Below are positions 18,196 through 27,391 of a stretch of 60,134 bases of DNA, piece after piece. Below the pieces are notes generated by a model. The model worked only from the letters and a program-made list of their open reading frames with translations, did no database searches and had not been told where the DNA came from. Every line of letters starts with the position of its first letter. Position 1 is the stretch's first letter. Source of the stretch: Odoribacter splanchnicus (GTDB taxonomy: Bacteria; Bacillota; Clostridia; Lachnospirales; Lachnospiraceae); contig CAVFMG010000001.1 of the NCBI GenBank assembly GCA_963623435.1, forward strand, positions 1 through 60,134, written 5' to 3'. Position numbers and translations under genes: made by a program.

Positions 18196-20616
18196 ATGTT
18201 AGTACCACTTAGTTGGTTAAAAGAATATGTGGATATAGATGTAGAAGCCAAAGAACTGGAGGAAAAGTTATTTTCCTGCGGGTTCGAGGTAGAGGAAGCC
18301 TACGAAGTAGGTAAGGATATCAGTGGTGTGGTAGTCGGACTGGTAGAAGAATGTGAGCCGATTCCCGAGACTCACTTACATGTATGCAAGGTAAATGTAG
18401 GTGGTGCAGAGCCCTTACAGATCTGCTGTGGTGCGGACAACGTACACGCAGGCGGTAAATACCCCGTAGCACTGGAAGGTGCACAGGTATACGCTACCGC
18501 AAAAGATCATGTGACCATCGAAGGCACCATGAAGATCAAAAAAGGCAAGCTGCGCGGCTATGAGTCCTGCGGTATGCTGTGTTCCGGTACCGAGCTGGGA
18601 CTGACCGAGGATCTGTATCCCGGTGCGGGCTACAACGGACTGCTGGTACTGCCGGAGGATGCCGAGATCGGTACAGATGTAAAGCCCCTGTTACAGCTGG
18701 ATGACTGGATCTTCGACATTGCCATTACAGCGAACAGACCGGACTGCGAGAGCATCTTCGGTATTGCCAGAGAAGTAGCCGCAATCCTGAACAAACCGGT
18801 GAAGACCCCGGCACTGGATTACACCGAGAGAGGCATTACCAAGGACGGATTTACCGTGACTGTGGACGCTCCGGATCTGTGCCCCAGATATATCGCACAT
18901 TATGTATCTGATGTAAAGATCGGGGAATCCCCCGCATGGATGAAGAGACGTCTGGCACTGGTTGGCATCGGCTCCATTTCCAACGTGGTAGATATCACGA
19001 ACTACATCTTAAAAGAGCTGGGTCAGCCCATGCACGCATTTGATTCTTCTTACATTGAAGGCAATGCCATCCATGTAAGACGTGCCCATGACAAAGAAAA
19101 GATTAAGACCTTGGATGAAAAAGAGTTTGAATTAAATGAAAACAACCTGGTTATCTGCGATGGCGTAAAGCCCGTAGCACTGGCAGGTATCATGGGCGGT
19201 TTAAACTCCGAGATCCGCGATACCACAGAGGCTGTTATCTTCGAGTCCGCAAAATTTGCAAGAGACAATATCCGTAAGAGCTCCAGAGCACTGGGACAGT
19301 CTTCCGATTCCTCCCAGAGATATGCCAAGGGCGTGGATGAGTATGCTACCGTTATGGCAAGCAAGAGAGCACTGCACCTGATCGAGGAGCTGGGCTGTGG
19401 TAAAGTATCTTCTACCCACGTAGAGATCAGCACAGGCAACTCCATCGAGCCTACCGAGATGAAGGCAAGCATCAAGAAAGTAAATGGCGTATTGGGTATC
19501 GAAGTACCTACCGCTGATATCGAGAGAATCTTAAAGTCCCTGAATTTCCAGCCCGTGATTAACGGCGACGAGCTGACCATTCAGGTACCTGCATACCGTG
19601 AAGATATGGAATCTTATCCCGATATCGCAGAAGAAGTCATTCGTATGTACGGTTACGATCATGTAACTCCGACCTTCCTGAAAGCAGCAGCTGTAACCAG
19701 CGGTGGTATGAATACGAAGCAGAAGACCGAGCTTAAGATCAAAAAAGCACTGTGTGCACAGGGCGCATTTGAGGGTGTACATTACTCCTTCTTCTCCCCT
19801 TCCGATCTGAATCTGTTAGGTCTGCCCGAGGATGCGCCGGAGAGACATGCGATTCGCCTGATCAACCCGATCAACGAGGATCTGTCCCTGATGCGTACCA
19901 CTCTGGCACCCCAGATGATCCATGCGATCGCCCGTAACCAGAAGAACGGCTGTCTGGAAGGCAGAGTATATGAGATCGGCAATAAATTCATCCCTAAGGA
20001 TCTGCCTCTGACTGAGTATCCCGATGAGAGAGAGACCATCTGCATCGGTATCTGGGGCAAGGAAGAGAATTTCTTCACCCTGAAGGGTCTGGTAGACACC
20101 GTAGCAGAGACACTGTTCATTGATTTCGAATATGTAGAGGACAAGAAGACCTTCCTGCATCCTTATCGTACTGCGAAGATCCTGTACAACGGCGAAGAGA
20201 TCGGCTACTTAGGACAGCTGACCTATGAGATCCAGAAGGAAGAAGACATGCGTGAATCCGCATACATTGCAGAGATCGACCTGAAAGCCCTGCGTCCTGT
20301 ATACGGCAAGGTTCCCACCTTCACACCGATCTCCAAGTTCGCGAAGGAGGCTAGAGACCTGGCACTGGTAATGAACAAATCCGTTACCTGCGGCGAGGTA
20401 GAGAAGGCAATCGCAGAAGCCAGCAGCTTCGTAGAGTCCGTAGAACTCTTCGATGTCTACGAGGGATTACAGGTAGGTCCTGAGAAGAAGTCCATGGCAT
20501 TCACCGTAACCTTTGCACCGAAGGAGGAAGAATTCACCACAGAGGCAGTGGACGGCTATGTGAAGAAGATTCTGAAGAACCTGAACAACAAGCTGGGTGT
20601 GGAACTCAGATCATAA
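18196..20616 (+). CDS. pheT: Phenylalanine-tRNA ligase beta subunit
   Basis: SWLKEY, SCGMLCS, TANRPD, DIAEEVIRMYGY, C-terminal RDLA..LFDVYEG. Confidence 0.98.
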   Translation: MLVPLSWLKEYVDIDVEAKELEEKLFSCGFEVEEAYEVGKDISGVVVGLVEECEPIPETHLHVCKVNVGGAEPLQICCGADNVHAGGKYPVALEGAQVYATAKDHVTIEGTMKIKKGKLRGYESCGMLCSGTELGLTEDLYPGAGYNGLLVLPEDAEIGTDVKPLLQLDDWIFDIAITANRPDCESIFGIAREVAAILNKPVKTPALDYTERGITKDGFTVTVDAPDLCPRYIAHYVSDVKIGESPAWMKRRLALVGIGSISNVVDITNYILKELGQPMHAFDSSYIEGNAIHVRRAHDKEKIKTLDEKEFELNENNLVICDGVKPVALAGIMGGLNSEIRDTTEAVIFESAKFARDNIRKSSRALGQSSDSSQRYAKGVDEYATVMASKRALHLIEELGCGKVSSTHVEISTGNSIEPTEMKASIKKVNGVLGIEVPTADIERILKSLNFQPVINGDELTIQVPAYREDMESYPDIAEEVIRMYGYDHVTPTFLKAAAVTSGGMNTKQKTELKIKKALCAQGAFEGVHYSFFSPSDLNLLGLPEDAPERHAIRLINPINEDLSLMRTTLAPQMIHAIARNQKNGCLEGRVYEIGNKFIPKDLPLTEYPDERETICIGIWGKEENFFTLKGLVDTVAETLFIDFEYVEDKKTFLHPYRTAKILYNGEEIGYLGQLTYEIQKEEDMRESAYIAEIDLKALRPVYGKVPTFTPISKFAKEARDLALVMNKSVTCGEVEKAIAEASSFVESVELFDVYEGLQVGPEKKSMAFTVTFAPKEEEFTTEAVDGYVKKILKNLNNKLGVELRS

Positions 20617-20620
20617 CGTA

Positions 20621-20763
20621 GTAACTATTCAGAACCCCATTCGCAAAATCGTCTCTACGAGACTTCCTTTTTGCTCATGTGGTTACTTCGCCATATAAAA
20701 CTGCTTATCTGCCTGAATGCAAGCATTCGCAGATTGCAGTTTTGCATGGCTCTGAATAGTTAC
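20621..20763. repeat. Palindromic REP/MITE-like element copy A
   Basis: 13-bp terminal inverted repeats GTAACTATTCAGA / TCTGAATAGTTAC; nested stems with apical GAATGCAAGCATTC. Confidence 0.8.
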
Positions 20764-20771
20764 ATATTCTT

Positions 20772-20800
20772 AAAAAACTCTCCGAAAGGGGAGTTTTTTT
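20772..20800 (+). terminator. Intrinsic terminator of pheST
   Basis: AAAAAACTCTCC-gaaa-GGGGAGTTTTTTT. Confidence 0.88.
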
Positions 20801-20862
20801 GTTGTCTCATTCGTTAAAGAAGTATACAGATAAACAAAGCACCCCAAAGGAGGAAACAAATT

Positions 20863-21579
20863 ATGGCAAGAAAAGATGTCTTAACCAAAAACCATTTAAA
20901 AATCATCTTTGTAGTTGACAGATCCGGTTCTATGTACGGCACCCCCATTACGCAGGTAAATGCAGCAATGGGACCTCTGAAAAAGAAACTCAGCAAGACC
21001 GCCGAGGAGAATAATGTAGAGCTTGAGATCAAAGTCATCGTGTTCAGTGATAATGCCCAGTGCATTGTTGGCACAGAAGATACTTTTGAAAGTATTGAAA
21101 ATTTCAACTGGCAGGATATCACGGCGGATGGCGGGACGAATACTCCCGAAGCCCTGAAAATGGTTAACGCTTCCCTGAAATGTGATGGAGAAGTTGCCCA
21201 TGCTTTGCCGCCTGTGGTGATACTTCTGACCGACGGAGAATGTAATCCGGGTGTACTTCCGGCATATCATGCGGAAATTCAGAAGATGAAGGGCAAGTTA
21301 GCGGGAAATACGGGAAAAGAAAAGGTGATCCGTATCGGAATCGGAGTCGGAAGCTATAACGAAGCTCAGATCGCTGATTTCGCTACTGTCGGGGAAATCA
21401 ACGATAAGACGAGACCGCTGATTTTTCGTGTGGATCACGCAGAGGATCTTGCCGAGGTGATTAACTGGGTGGCTGTAACAAGCCTCTATGCCAGCTTACT
21501 TCCCGGACAGGATGATGCGTTCAACATGGGAGAGGCGGAGGAAGAATGGCTCACTGAGGAGGATATAGAAGAAGCATAG
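20863..21579 (+). CDS. vWA-domain protein (TerY-like)
   Basis: MIDAS DRSGSM, GGTNT, VILLTDG; acidic tail; heads the vWA-PP2C-kinase triad. Confidence 0.88.
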   Translation: MARKDVLTKNHLKIIFVVDRSGSMYGTPITQVNAAMGPLKKKLSKTAEENNVELEIKVIVFSDNAQCIVGTEDTFESIENFNWQDITADGGTNTPEALKMVNASLKCDGEVAHALPPVVILLTDGECNPGVLPAYHAEIQKMKGKLAGNTGKEKVIRIGIGVGSYNEAQIADFATVGEINDKTRPLIFRVDHAEDLAEVINWVAVTSLYASLLPGQDDAFNMGEAEEEWLTEEDIEEA

Positions 21580-21591
21580 GAGGAAATAGAA

Positions 21592-23388
21592 ATGGTATGC
21601 CGTTTAGATCCGAATACTACAACATATTATGCGTCGAAGCAGGGCCGCGCGCATGTCGCAAACAATACCGTCTGCCAGGACTATTCCCTGGCAGACAATA
21701 TCGATAATGATTGTCAGGTCGTATGCGTCGCTGACGGTCATGGCAGTAAGGAGTACATCTACTCTGACGTAGGTGCGAAACTAGCCTGCGAGCTGTTCGT
21801 GGAGATGGTTCGGATCCTGAAGGAGGGCTATGAGAAGGCAGGTGTATCGGACTGGATGGAGCACCTGAAGACTGCGAAGTTTAAGTCTGCTTTTATTCAG
21901 ATGTGGCGGAAAAAGGTTATCGAGGATTACGAACGCAGGGAAGAGAATGTATCAGAAGTGAAGCTCTTGGATCTGAAGATTATTAGAAAATACGGAACGA
22001 CGTTTCTTTTTGCAATTTGTTATCGTGATAAGATCGTTCTCGGGCAGCTGGGGGACGGCGCAATTCTGATGGGCTTTTCCGAGGATGGCACACCGGAAGG
22101 CAACTGGCAGCTGTTCAAACGGCATGGTTTGAAATGCAATTCCATCACCAATTCTATGGCGTCCAATACCGCGGAATATACATTTTTAATCGACAGCTTT
22201 GAGCGTGATAACATTGCTTATCTTCTGCTGTCCACAGACGGTATTTACGACTGCCTGGATCAGGGAGATGCCTTTTTCCAGTATGCACAGGCTCTGATCG
22301 AACAGATTCACGAGACGAAAGCGCTGGACAGACCGTTTCACTTAGATGACGAGACGGATGTGTCCAGGTATACCGGAGATGACTGTTCCATTGCGCTGAT
22401 GCTGTTCGGAGATGCTGCCACGGGAAAACAGACCCTGGAACGGCAGGAACTGGAACAGTTGGGTTACTGGGAAGTTAAATGCGAGCGCTTCTTAAAGAAT
22501 CTGCGGATCTACACAGCCATTGACAGTGAGGGAGAAGAAGTGGAACTGCATGTCACACCTTATGAGGCTGAGGCAAATATTCCGGAAGGAATTTCCGAAA
22601 AAGTGCTGTTACCGAAGGCATTGAAAAAGCTTGAAGCGGCTGGATTTCTGTATGTATACCGGAAATCCGATCTGGACAGAGGCGACAGGCTCAGCATTCT
22701 GTTCGAGCAGGAACGCCAGACAGAGAAGCGGTATTGCCTGCCCGGCAGGAAGGCAGAGGAACCGGAGTATTCCAATAGCTTCTGGCTGAGTGTACTGGAA
22801 GAACTAATGGCGATCCGCAGAACATTAAAGCAGGAGAAGGCAGCAGTGACCGATGAACTGAAGGAATGTCTTATCGTTACACAAAATGATGAGACAAAAA
22901 CAGGAAAAGTATTTCTCCTGGCGGATGGTCTGAAGGACAGAGAACGTCGTAGAACAGATGACAAACTGCATTTAAGGGGAATGGACCGAATCCTTGAAAG
23001 CATCGGCATCGTTGGAGTCATCCGCTGCGGCAACCGGAATATCCCCATCTATCGCAGTGCCTGCCACCGAAGTCAGAGTATTCCGATGTTACACACAGAT
23101 CTACAGGAAGAGGACGCGGAGACAGAGGATGCGGGTACGATAGATACGGGAAGCACGTTGGCAAGGTGCATTTATCGCCAGGACAGAGGATATGGTCTCT
23201 GGAATGGCTCCGGGGTACCATGGAAACTGAAAGAAGGCAAAATCGTACCGGCAGGGAAAACGCTCCGCCTGAATGCGGAGACCGGCAATGAGTTCCGTAT
23301 TCCGACAGATGATGAAGCAGTCCCGGAACTGGGAATCTGGGACTCCTGTGCCACTTACGAGGCGAGACTGTATCAGTGGGAGGAATAG
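21592..23388 (+). CDS. PP2C-family phosphatase with a long C-terminal extension resembling a degenerate kinase
   Basis: QGRAH..CQD, VADGHGS, GTT, QLGDG, LSTDG, GDDCS; about 320 extra residues. Confidence 0.85.
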   Translation: MVCRLDPNTTTYYASKQGRAHVANNTVCQDYSLADNIDNDCQVVCVADGHGSKEYIYSDVGAKLACELFVEMVRILKEGYEKAGVSDWMEHLKTAKFKSAFIQMWRKKVIEDYERREENVSEVKLLDLKIIRKYGTTFLFAICYRDKIVLGQLGDGAILMGFSEDGTPEGNWQLFKRHGLKCNSITNSMASNTAEYTFLIDSFERDNIAYLLLSTDGIYDCLDQGDAFFQYAQALIEQIHETKALDRPFHLDDETDVSRYTGDDCSIALMLFGDAATGKQTLERQELEQLGYWEVKCERFLKNLRIYTAIDSEGEEVELHVTPYEAEANIPEGISEKVLLPKALKKLEAAGFLYVYRKSDLDRGDRLSILFEQERQTEKRYCLPGRKAEEPEYSNSFWLSVLEELMAIRRTLKQEKAAVTDELKECLIVTQNDETKTGKVFLLADGLKDRERRRTDDKLHLRGMDRILESIGIVGVIRCGNRNIPIYRSACHRSQSIPMLHTDLQEEDAETEDAGTIDTGSTLARCIYRQDRGYGLWNGSGVPWKLKEGKIVPAGKTLRLNAETGNEFRIPTDDEAVPELGIWDSCATYEARLYQWEE

Positions 23389-23468
23389 TGTGAAAAATAA
23401 ATTTTTCACACGCAAATTTGTGCCTGCGGCCCAAAGTTTGCAGGTTATGGAAAGGCATGGGGATTAGC

Positions 23469-24851
23469 ATGGAAAAAGAAAAGAAAATGATAATAAAAAA
23501 AGGGGAAATTCTTACTGACGCAAATCGTAGACAATATATTATAGGGGAGCGGTTGGGAACAGGTGGACAGGCACAGGTGCGCCGCGTAGTTTTATCCTCT
23601 ACCGGAGAAGAATTTGCCTGTAAAATCTATAAAGAAGATCCTACGGGCATTCAGAAAAATATTGAACAGCTGATAAACTTAGGTCCTCTCAAAGATAAAG
23701 ACGGAAATGTATTAACGGAAGTGGTATCTCCGAAAATTCTGGTAACACAGGATGGAAAAGAGGGCTTTGGTTACATCATGGATCTGGTGGATCTGGATGA
23801 TTACGCCACCATTCCACAAGCATGGTCAAACCCTGCGAAATGCCCTTCTGTCAAAGCAATCTGCCGGATTATACAGAATCTTGCGAGAGTATTCGAGGCG
23901 ATCCACCGCAGCTATGGCATGTGCTATAAGGATATTAACGAGGGCAACATCTATTTTAATCCGAAAACGGGTGATATCAGGGTAATTGATAACGATAACA
24001 TAGGAATCAAAGACACCACAAGTATTCTCGGGACGCCGGGTTATCGTGCACCGGAGGTGGTGCTGGGAGATTTGCCGGATAACTGTTCGGACCGCTTCTC
24101 CCTGGCTGTTTTTGCCTACCGTCTCCTGTGCGGAGGCTATCCCTTCGACGGTCCCTTTACCAATCACTATTGTAAAGTTCACGGACAGGGAATTGCAACC
24201 GGCGCGGAGAGTGTAGTGTATGGATCGGAGGCTGTATTTACATGGCATCCAACGGATAAACGAAACTCCATAGCCCTTCTTTCGGATGTGAGTGCGAAGG
24301 GACAAACACAGTACTGGATGAATCTCCCTAAGGAGATCAAAGAACTTTTTATGAGCACGTTTGTGACGCATCTGGCAAAGGACAAACGGGAAGGCCGTCC
24401 GGATAACGAAGACTGGATCGAGACCTTCCGCAGGATCGAGCAGACGCTGGTCAAGTGCCCGCATTGCGGAACGGTAACTTTTAGCGACAGCGGACGTTGC
24501 TTTGAATGTGACGGAGATCTCGGAACAGATGTGGCTTACAGACATCATGCGCTGTTTAATGTCCTGCGGGCAGGAGAATCGTCTCTGAAGTTAAAGGTGC
24601 AGCCCGGGGATGTATACACGGTAGGGAAGTTGATGAAAGGGATGCCGGATGACCGTATTTTCCGGATCCTATACAATAAAAAATACGACATGATAGGGAT
24701 CAGTAATCTCTCGACGCTCACCTGGACTGCCATCTACGGTGACGGCAAGCGGCAGAAGGTGGCTCCGGGTAAGACGGTACAGTTAAAAAAAGCAATGCGT
24801 ATCGCAGTGATGCCGAGAACCCTGCAGATCAACGTAGTAGATGCAAAGTAG
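23469..24851 (+). CDS. Ser/Thr protein kinase with Zn ribbon and C-terminal beta domain
   Basis: GTGGQA, ACKIY, YKDINEGN, IDNDN, GTPGYRAPE, DRFSLAV, CPHC..CFEC. Confidence 0.9.
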   Translation: MEKEKKMIIKKGEILTDANRRQYIIGERLGTGGQAQVRRVVLSSTGEEFACKIYKEDPTGIQKNIEQLINLGPLKDKDGNVLTEVVSPKILVTQDGKEGFGYIMDLVDLDDYATIPQAWSNPAKCPSVKAICRIIQNLARVFEAIHRSYGMCYKDINEGNIYFNPKTGDIRVIDNDNIGIKDTTSILGTPGYRAPEVVLGDLPDNCSDRFSLAVFAYRLLCGGYPFDGPFTNHYCKVHGQGIATGAESVVYGSEAVFTWHPTDKRNSIALLSDVSAKGQTQYWMNLPKEIKELFMSTFVTHLAKDKREGRPDNEDWIETFRRIEQTLVKCPHCGTVTFSDSGRCFECDGDLGTDVAYRHHALFNVLRAGESSLKLKVQPGDVYTVGKLMKGMPDDRIFRILYNKKYDMIGISNLSTLTWTAIYGDGKRQKVAPGKTVQLKKAMRIAVMPRTLQINVVDAK

Positions 24852-24864
24852 AGGTGAAGTGTAA

Positions 24865-25596
24865 ATGAATATAGTTGCCTATCGTACCGACCCGATGCAG
24901 TATAAGGTCGAGAAGGTGCAGCGTATGTGCAGAGGAAAGCCGGAAGAAGAGAGATTGCAGATCGTTCATCAATATATCGTGAAACATGTCCATTATGAAA
25001 ATAATCCACAACTGCCGGTGCATGAGGCGGAAGGCTTTTTCACCTATGGAAGGGCAGTATGTGACGGCATTTCCAAGGCGGCAAAGATTCTGTTGAACGC
25101 GGTGGGGATCCCGTCGGAAGTCGTGACCGGAAAGGCGGTGCAGACACTGGGAGATGTGCCGGAGGGACATGCCTGGAACATGGTCTGGATCGCCGGACGC
25201 GCCTATCATATGGACTTTACCTTTGATGCTACGCTGGCGGAGCAGGATGGACGGATGCATTACGATTATTATAAACTCACGGATAGACAGATCGGCAGGG
25301 ATCATGATTTATCGGAGTCTGCGGTAAGTGCATCCACGGTCCACGCTGACTGGTTCCGGGTGCATAAGCTTTACTTTTATCAGGAGAAAAAACTGCGGGA
25401 ATATCTGCGGAGAGAGCTGCAGAATAACAGCAAAACCATAGTATTTAAGCTGCCGTATCCGAAGGATCCCCAGGCGATGTTAGAGGATGCGAAGAAAGTG
25501 GTCCGGGAAGAGATTCAGAGGGCAAATCCTTTCGGGAGACGCTGCCGGATGATGATCAATCCGACCCAGATGGTCGTGACTGTGATTCTATTGTGA
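24865..25596 (+). CDS. Transglutaminase-like (papain-fold) protein, apparently cytoplasmic
   Basis: AVCDGIS, HAWNMV, HMDFTFD Cys-His-Asp triad; no signal peptide seen. Confidence 0.85.
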   Translation: MNIVAYRTDPMQYKVEKVQRMCRGKPEEERLQIVHQYIVKHVHYENNPQLPVHEAEGFFTYGRAVCDGISKAAKILLNAVGIPSEVVTGKAVQTLGDVPEGHAWNMVWIAGRAYHMDFTFDATLAEQDGRMHYDYYKLTDRQIGRDHDLSESAVSASTVHADWFRVHKLYFYQEKKLREYLRRELQNNSKTIVFKLPYPKDPQAMLEDAKKVVREEIQRANPFGRRCRMMINPTQMVVTVILL

Positions 25597-25676
25597 ACAT
25601 TTAGAAACTATTCAGAAAAAAGACAGTTAGTATTTACTATAATGTATAGAAATAGTAAAATACAGAAAGGAACAAC

Positions 25677-26357
25677 ATGAAGAAAATCAGACGGGACAGA
25701 TTTCAACTGATCGTAGGCTGCATACTGCTGTTAGCGGCGGGCTGCGGATGCTATAACCGCTTATTCTACGGGCAGCTCCCTGCGGAAGCAGGAGTCATAT
25801 CCGTACAGGAACAGCAGTCCTGGGCATTGTGGAGCAGCGTGGGAGCGCTGCTTCTGGGACTTGGCTTCTGGGTCGTGCTGCAGAGAGAACAATGTGTCCT
25901 GCCGGCATTGTATCGTGCGGAAGTCGTCCTGATGGCGGTGTTCGTCATGCCTTCCGTGGCAGTTGACAGTATTGCGAAGATCTGTGCACTGTCAGGACTG
26001 CAGGTCACACAGGCGCAGGTGAATGAGATCTACCGGTACAGTATGATCGCCCTTATCTATATGGCAGTTTTTTCCATATATTTTACATGGTTATACAGAG
26101 AACGGGAAGATACCGGGACGGTGAGAGCCATCGTCCGCAGATACCGTAGATTCGGCAGATCAAGAATACAGGCGGCTCCTGTATGTGTGATAATTGCGAC
26201 ACATATCCTGGGAATTCTGGGAACGGTAATGCTGCTGCTTTTAAACATCAGCGCGCCCTGGAATTATCTGTTCCAGGGCGTGGGATTGCTCCTTTTTTAT
26301 TGTGTGACGCGGATATTTATGCCAGCAGACTCTGATGAAACTTTTCATCTTCTTTGA
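25677..26357 (+). CDS. Hypothetical integral membrane protein (about 6 TM)
   Basis: RBS AAAGGA; several hydrophobic segments. Confidence 0.7.
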   Translation: MKKIRRDRFQLIVGCILLLAAGCGCYNRLFYGQLPAEAGVISVQEQQSWALWSSVGALLLGLGFWVVLQREQCVLPALYRAEVVLMAVFVMPSVAVDSIAKICALSGLQVTQAQVNEIYRYSMIALIYMAVFSIYFTWLYREREDTGTVRAIVRRYRRFGRSRIQAAPVCVIIATHILGILGTVMLLLLNISAPWNYLFQGVGLLLFYCVTRIFMPADSDETFHLL

Positions 26358-27231
26358 GAAGATGGATCGCAGAGCGCTTGATCGAACTGATCCTCTTGGT
26401 ATCTGCGCAACTTAAATCAGCGAGAGCCTCTTCTAACGGGAAGCTGTCTAAATTAAGAGAAGGACAACTGTTCCGTATAATGGTGCGCAAAGCTGCCGGG
26501 GAGATCTCCTGCGCGAAGGATTTGATCGCTTTCGGCATTTCACCGCAACCCAGACCCAGGAGAAGGATGCACAATTTCTCAGAGGCTGATAATTTATTTT
26601 TCTGCAGAAGCTGAGCAAGGGCATCACTCTCACACAGATAAGAGCAGGTATTTTCGATCAGCTGTGTGTTGTCACAGAGCAGTTCGCCAAGTGTGAGAGC
26701 ATCCTCATCGGCTACCGGCTCATCCATCGGATTTGTATAGGGAGTCTTCTGAACTTTCAGTACAGTATCTAAGAGATGATTGTTCAGATACATATATAAG
26801 CTGGGCAGCAGAAAGTCCTCTTTTACGTCTAAAAGGACATCAATACGCAGTCTGCCGGCATTTTTACGGGATTTATCGGTAAAACCGGAGAACAGCCAGA
26901 GCCATGTCTCGCTCATGATATCAGCCGGCTCCATGCCCATGGACTGGAGGGATGCCAGAAGAGAGCTTGTATAGGCGGAGAGCTGTGTCCTGGCAAATTT
27001 TTCCTCGGAATCCTGATGGGATAACATGAATCTCATGCCTTCTGTTGCGGGCATTAAAAAAAAGTACAAAGAAGAGGAAAATTTTTCATAAAGGTCAGGG
27101 TTGAATTCCTTTATTTCCATCACGGAAGAAGTACGCTGTTTGCGGATCTTACGCATAATCTCCATCAGATCCTCCTGAACTTTGATTTTCTTTTCGAAAG
27201 CACTGGTTGTATTTTTGATTGTATTTTTCAT
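26317..27231 (-). CDS. Divergent sigma70-family factor (putative)
   Basis: Region-2-like ADIMSETWLWL and YMYLNNHLLD; MDEPVADEDALTLGELL; region-4-like KLSASEKLCILL..KRISSIKRSAIHLLK; RBS AAGGAGG. Confidence 0.6.
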   Translation of the reverse strand: MKNTIKNTTSAFEKKIKVQEDLMEIMRKIRKQRTSSVMEIKEFNPDLYEKFSSSLYFFLMPATEGMRFMLSHQDSEEKFARTQLSAYTSSLLASLQSMGMEPADIMSETWLWLFSGFTDKSRKNAGRLRIDVLLDVKEDFLLPSLYMYLNNHLLDTVLKVQKTPYTNPMDEPVADEDALTLGELLCDNTQLIENTCSYLCESDALAQLLQKNKLSASEKLCILLLGLGCGEMPKAIKSFAQEISPAALRTIIRNSCPSLNLDSFPLEEALADLSCADTKRISSIKRSAIHLLKEDEKFHQSLLA

Positions 27232-27304
27232 AAGTTTGTCCTCCTTGGTTATGAACGGTTGTAGTGGTGTTTTGTTTTGATGGGTTTATATTACGAAATA
27301 GCCG

Positions 27305-27354
27305 GTTGGACCGGAGGCTGGTTGTGAGTTGGATGGAGTTGGATGGAGTTGGAT
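27305..27354. promoter_or_regulatory. 10-bp-periodic direct repeats GAGTTGGAT x3 plus an extra GTTGGA between divergent genes
   Basis: Copies at 27326, 27336 and 27346; GTTGGA at 27305. Confidence 0.6.
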
Positions 27355-27391
27355 ATTTCAGAGAAAAGGCTGCATAGGAGAAAACAGAGTC

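Noticed and set aside
20621..20763. Integron attC interpretation of the palindromic elements
   Set aside because: The ends do not fit RYYYAAC/GTTRRRY, they do not follow each gene, and no integron integrase is present
25615..25643. Possible further copy of the GAAAA-N14-CGTTA motif
   Set aside because: A-tract present but no CGTTA; TATAAT suggests an ordinary sigmaA -10
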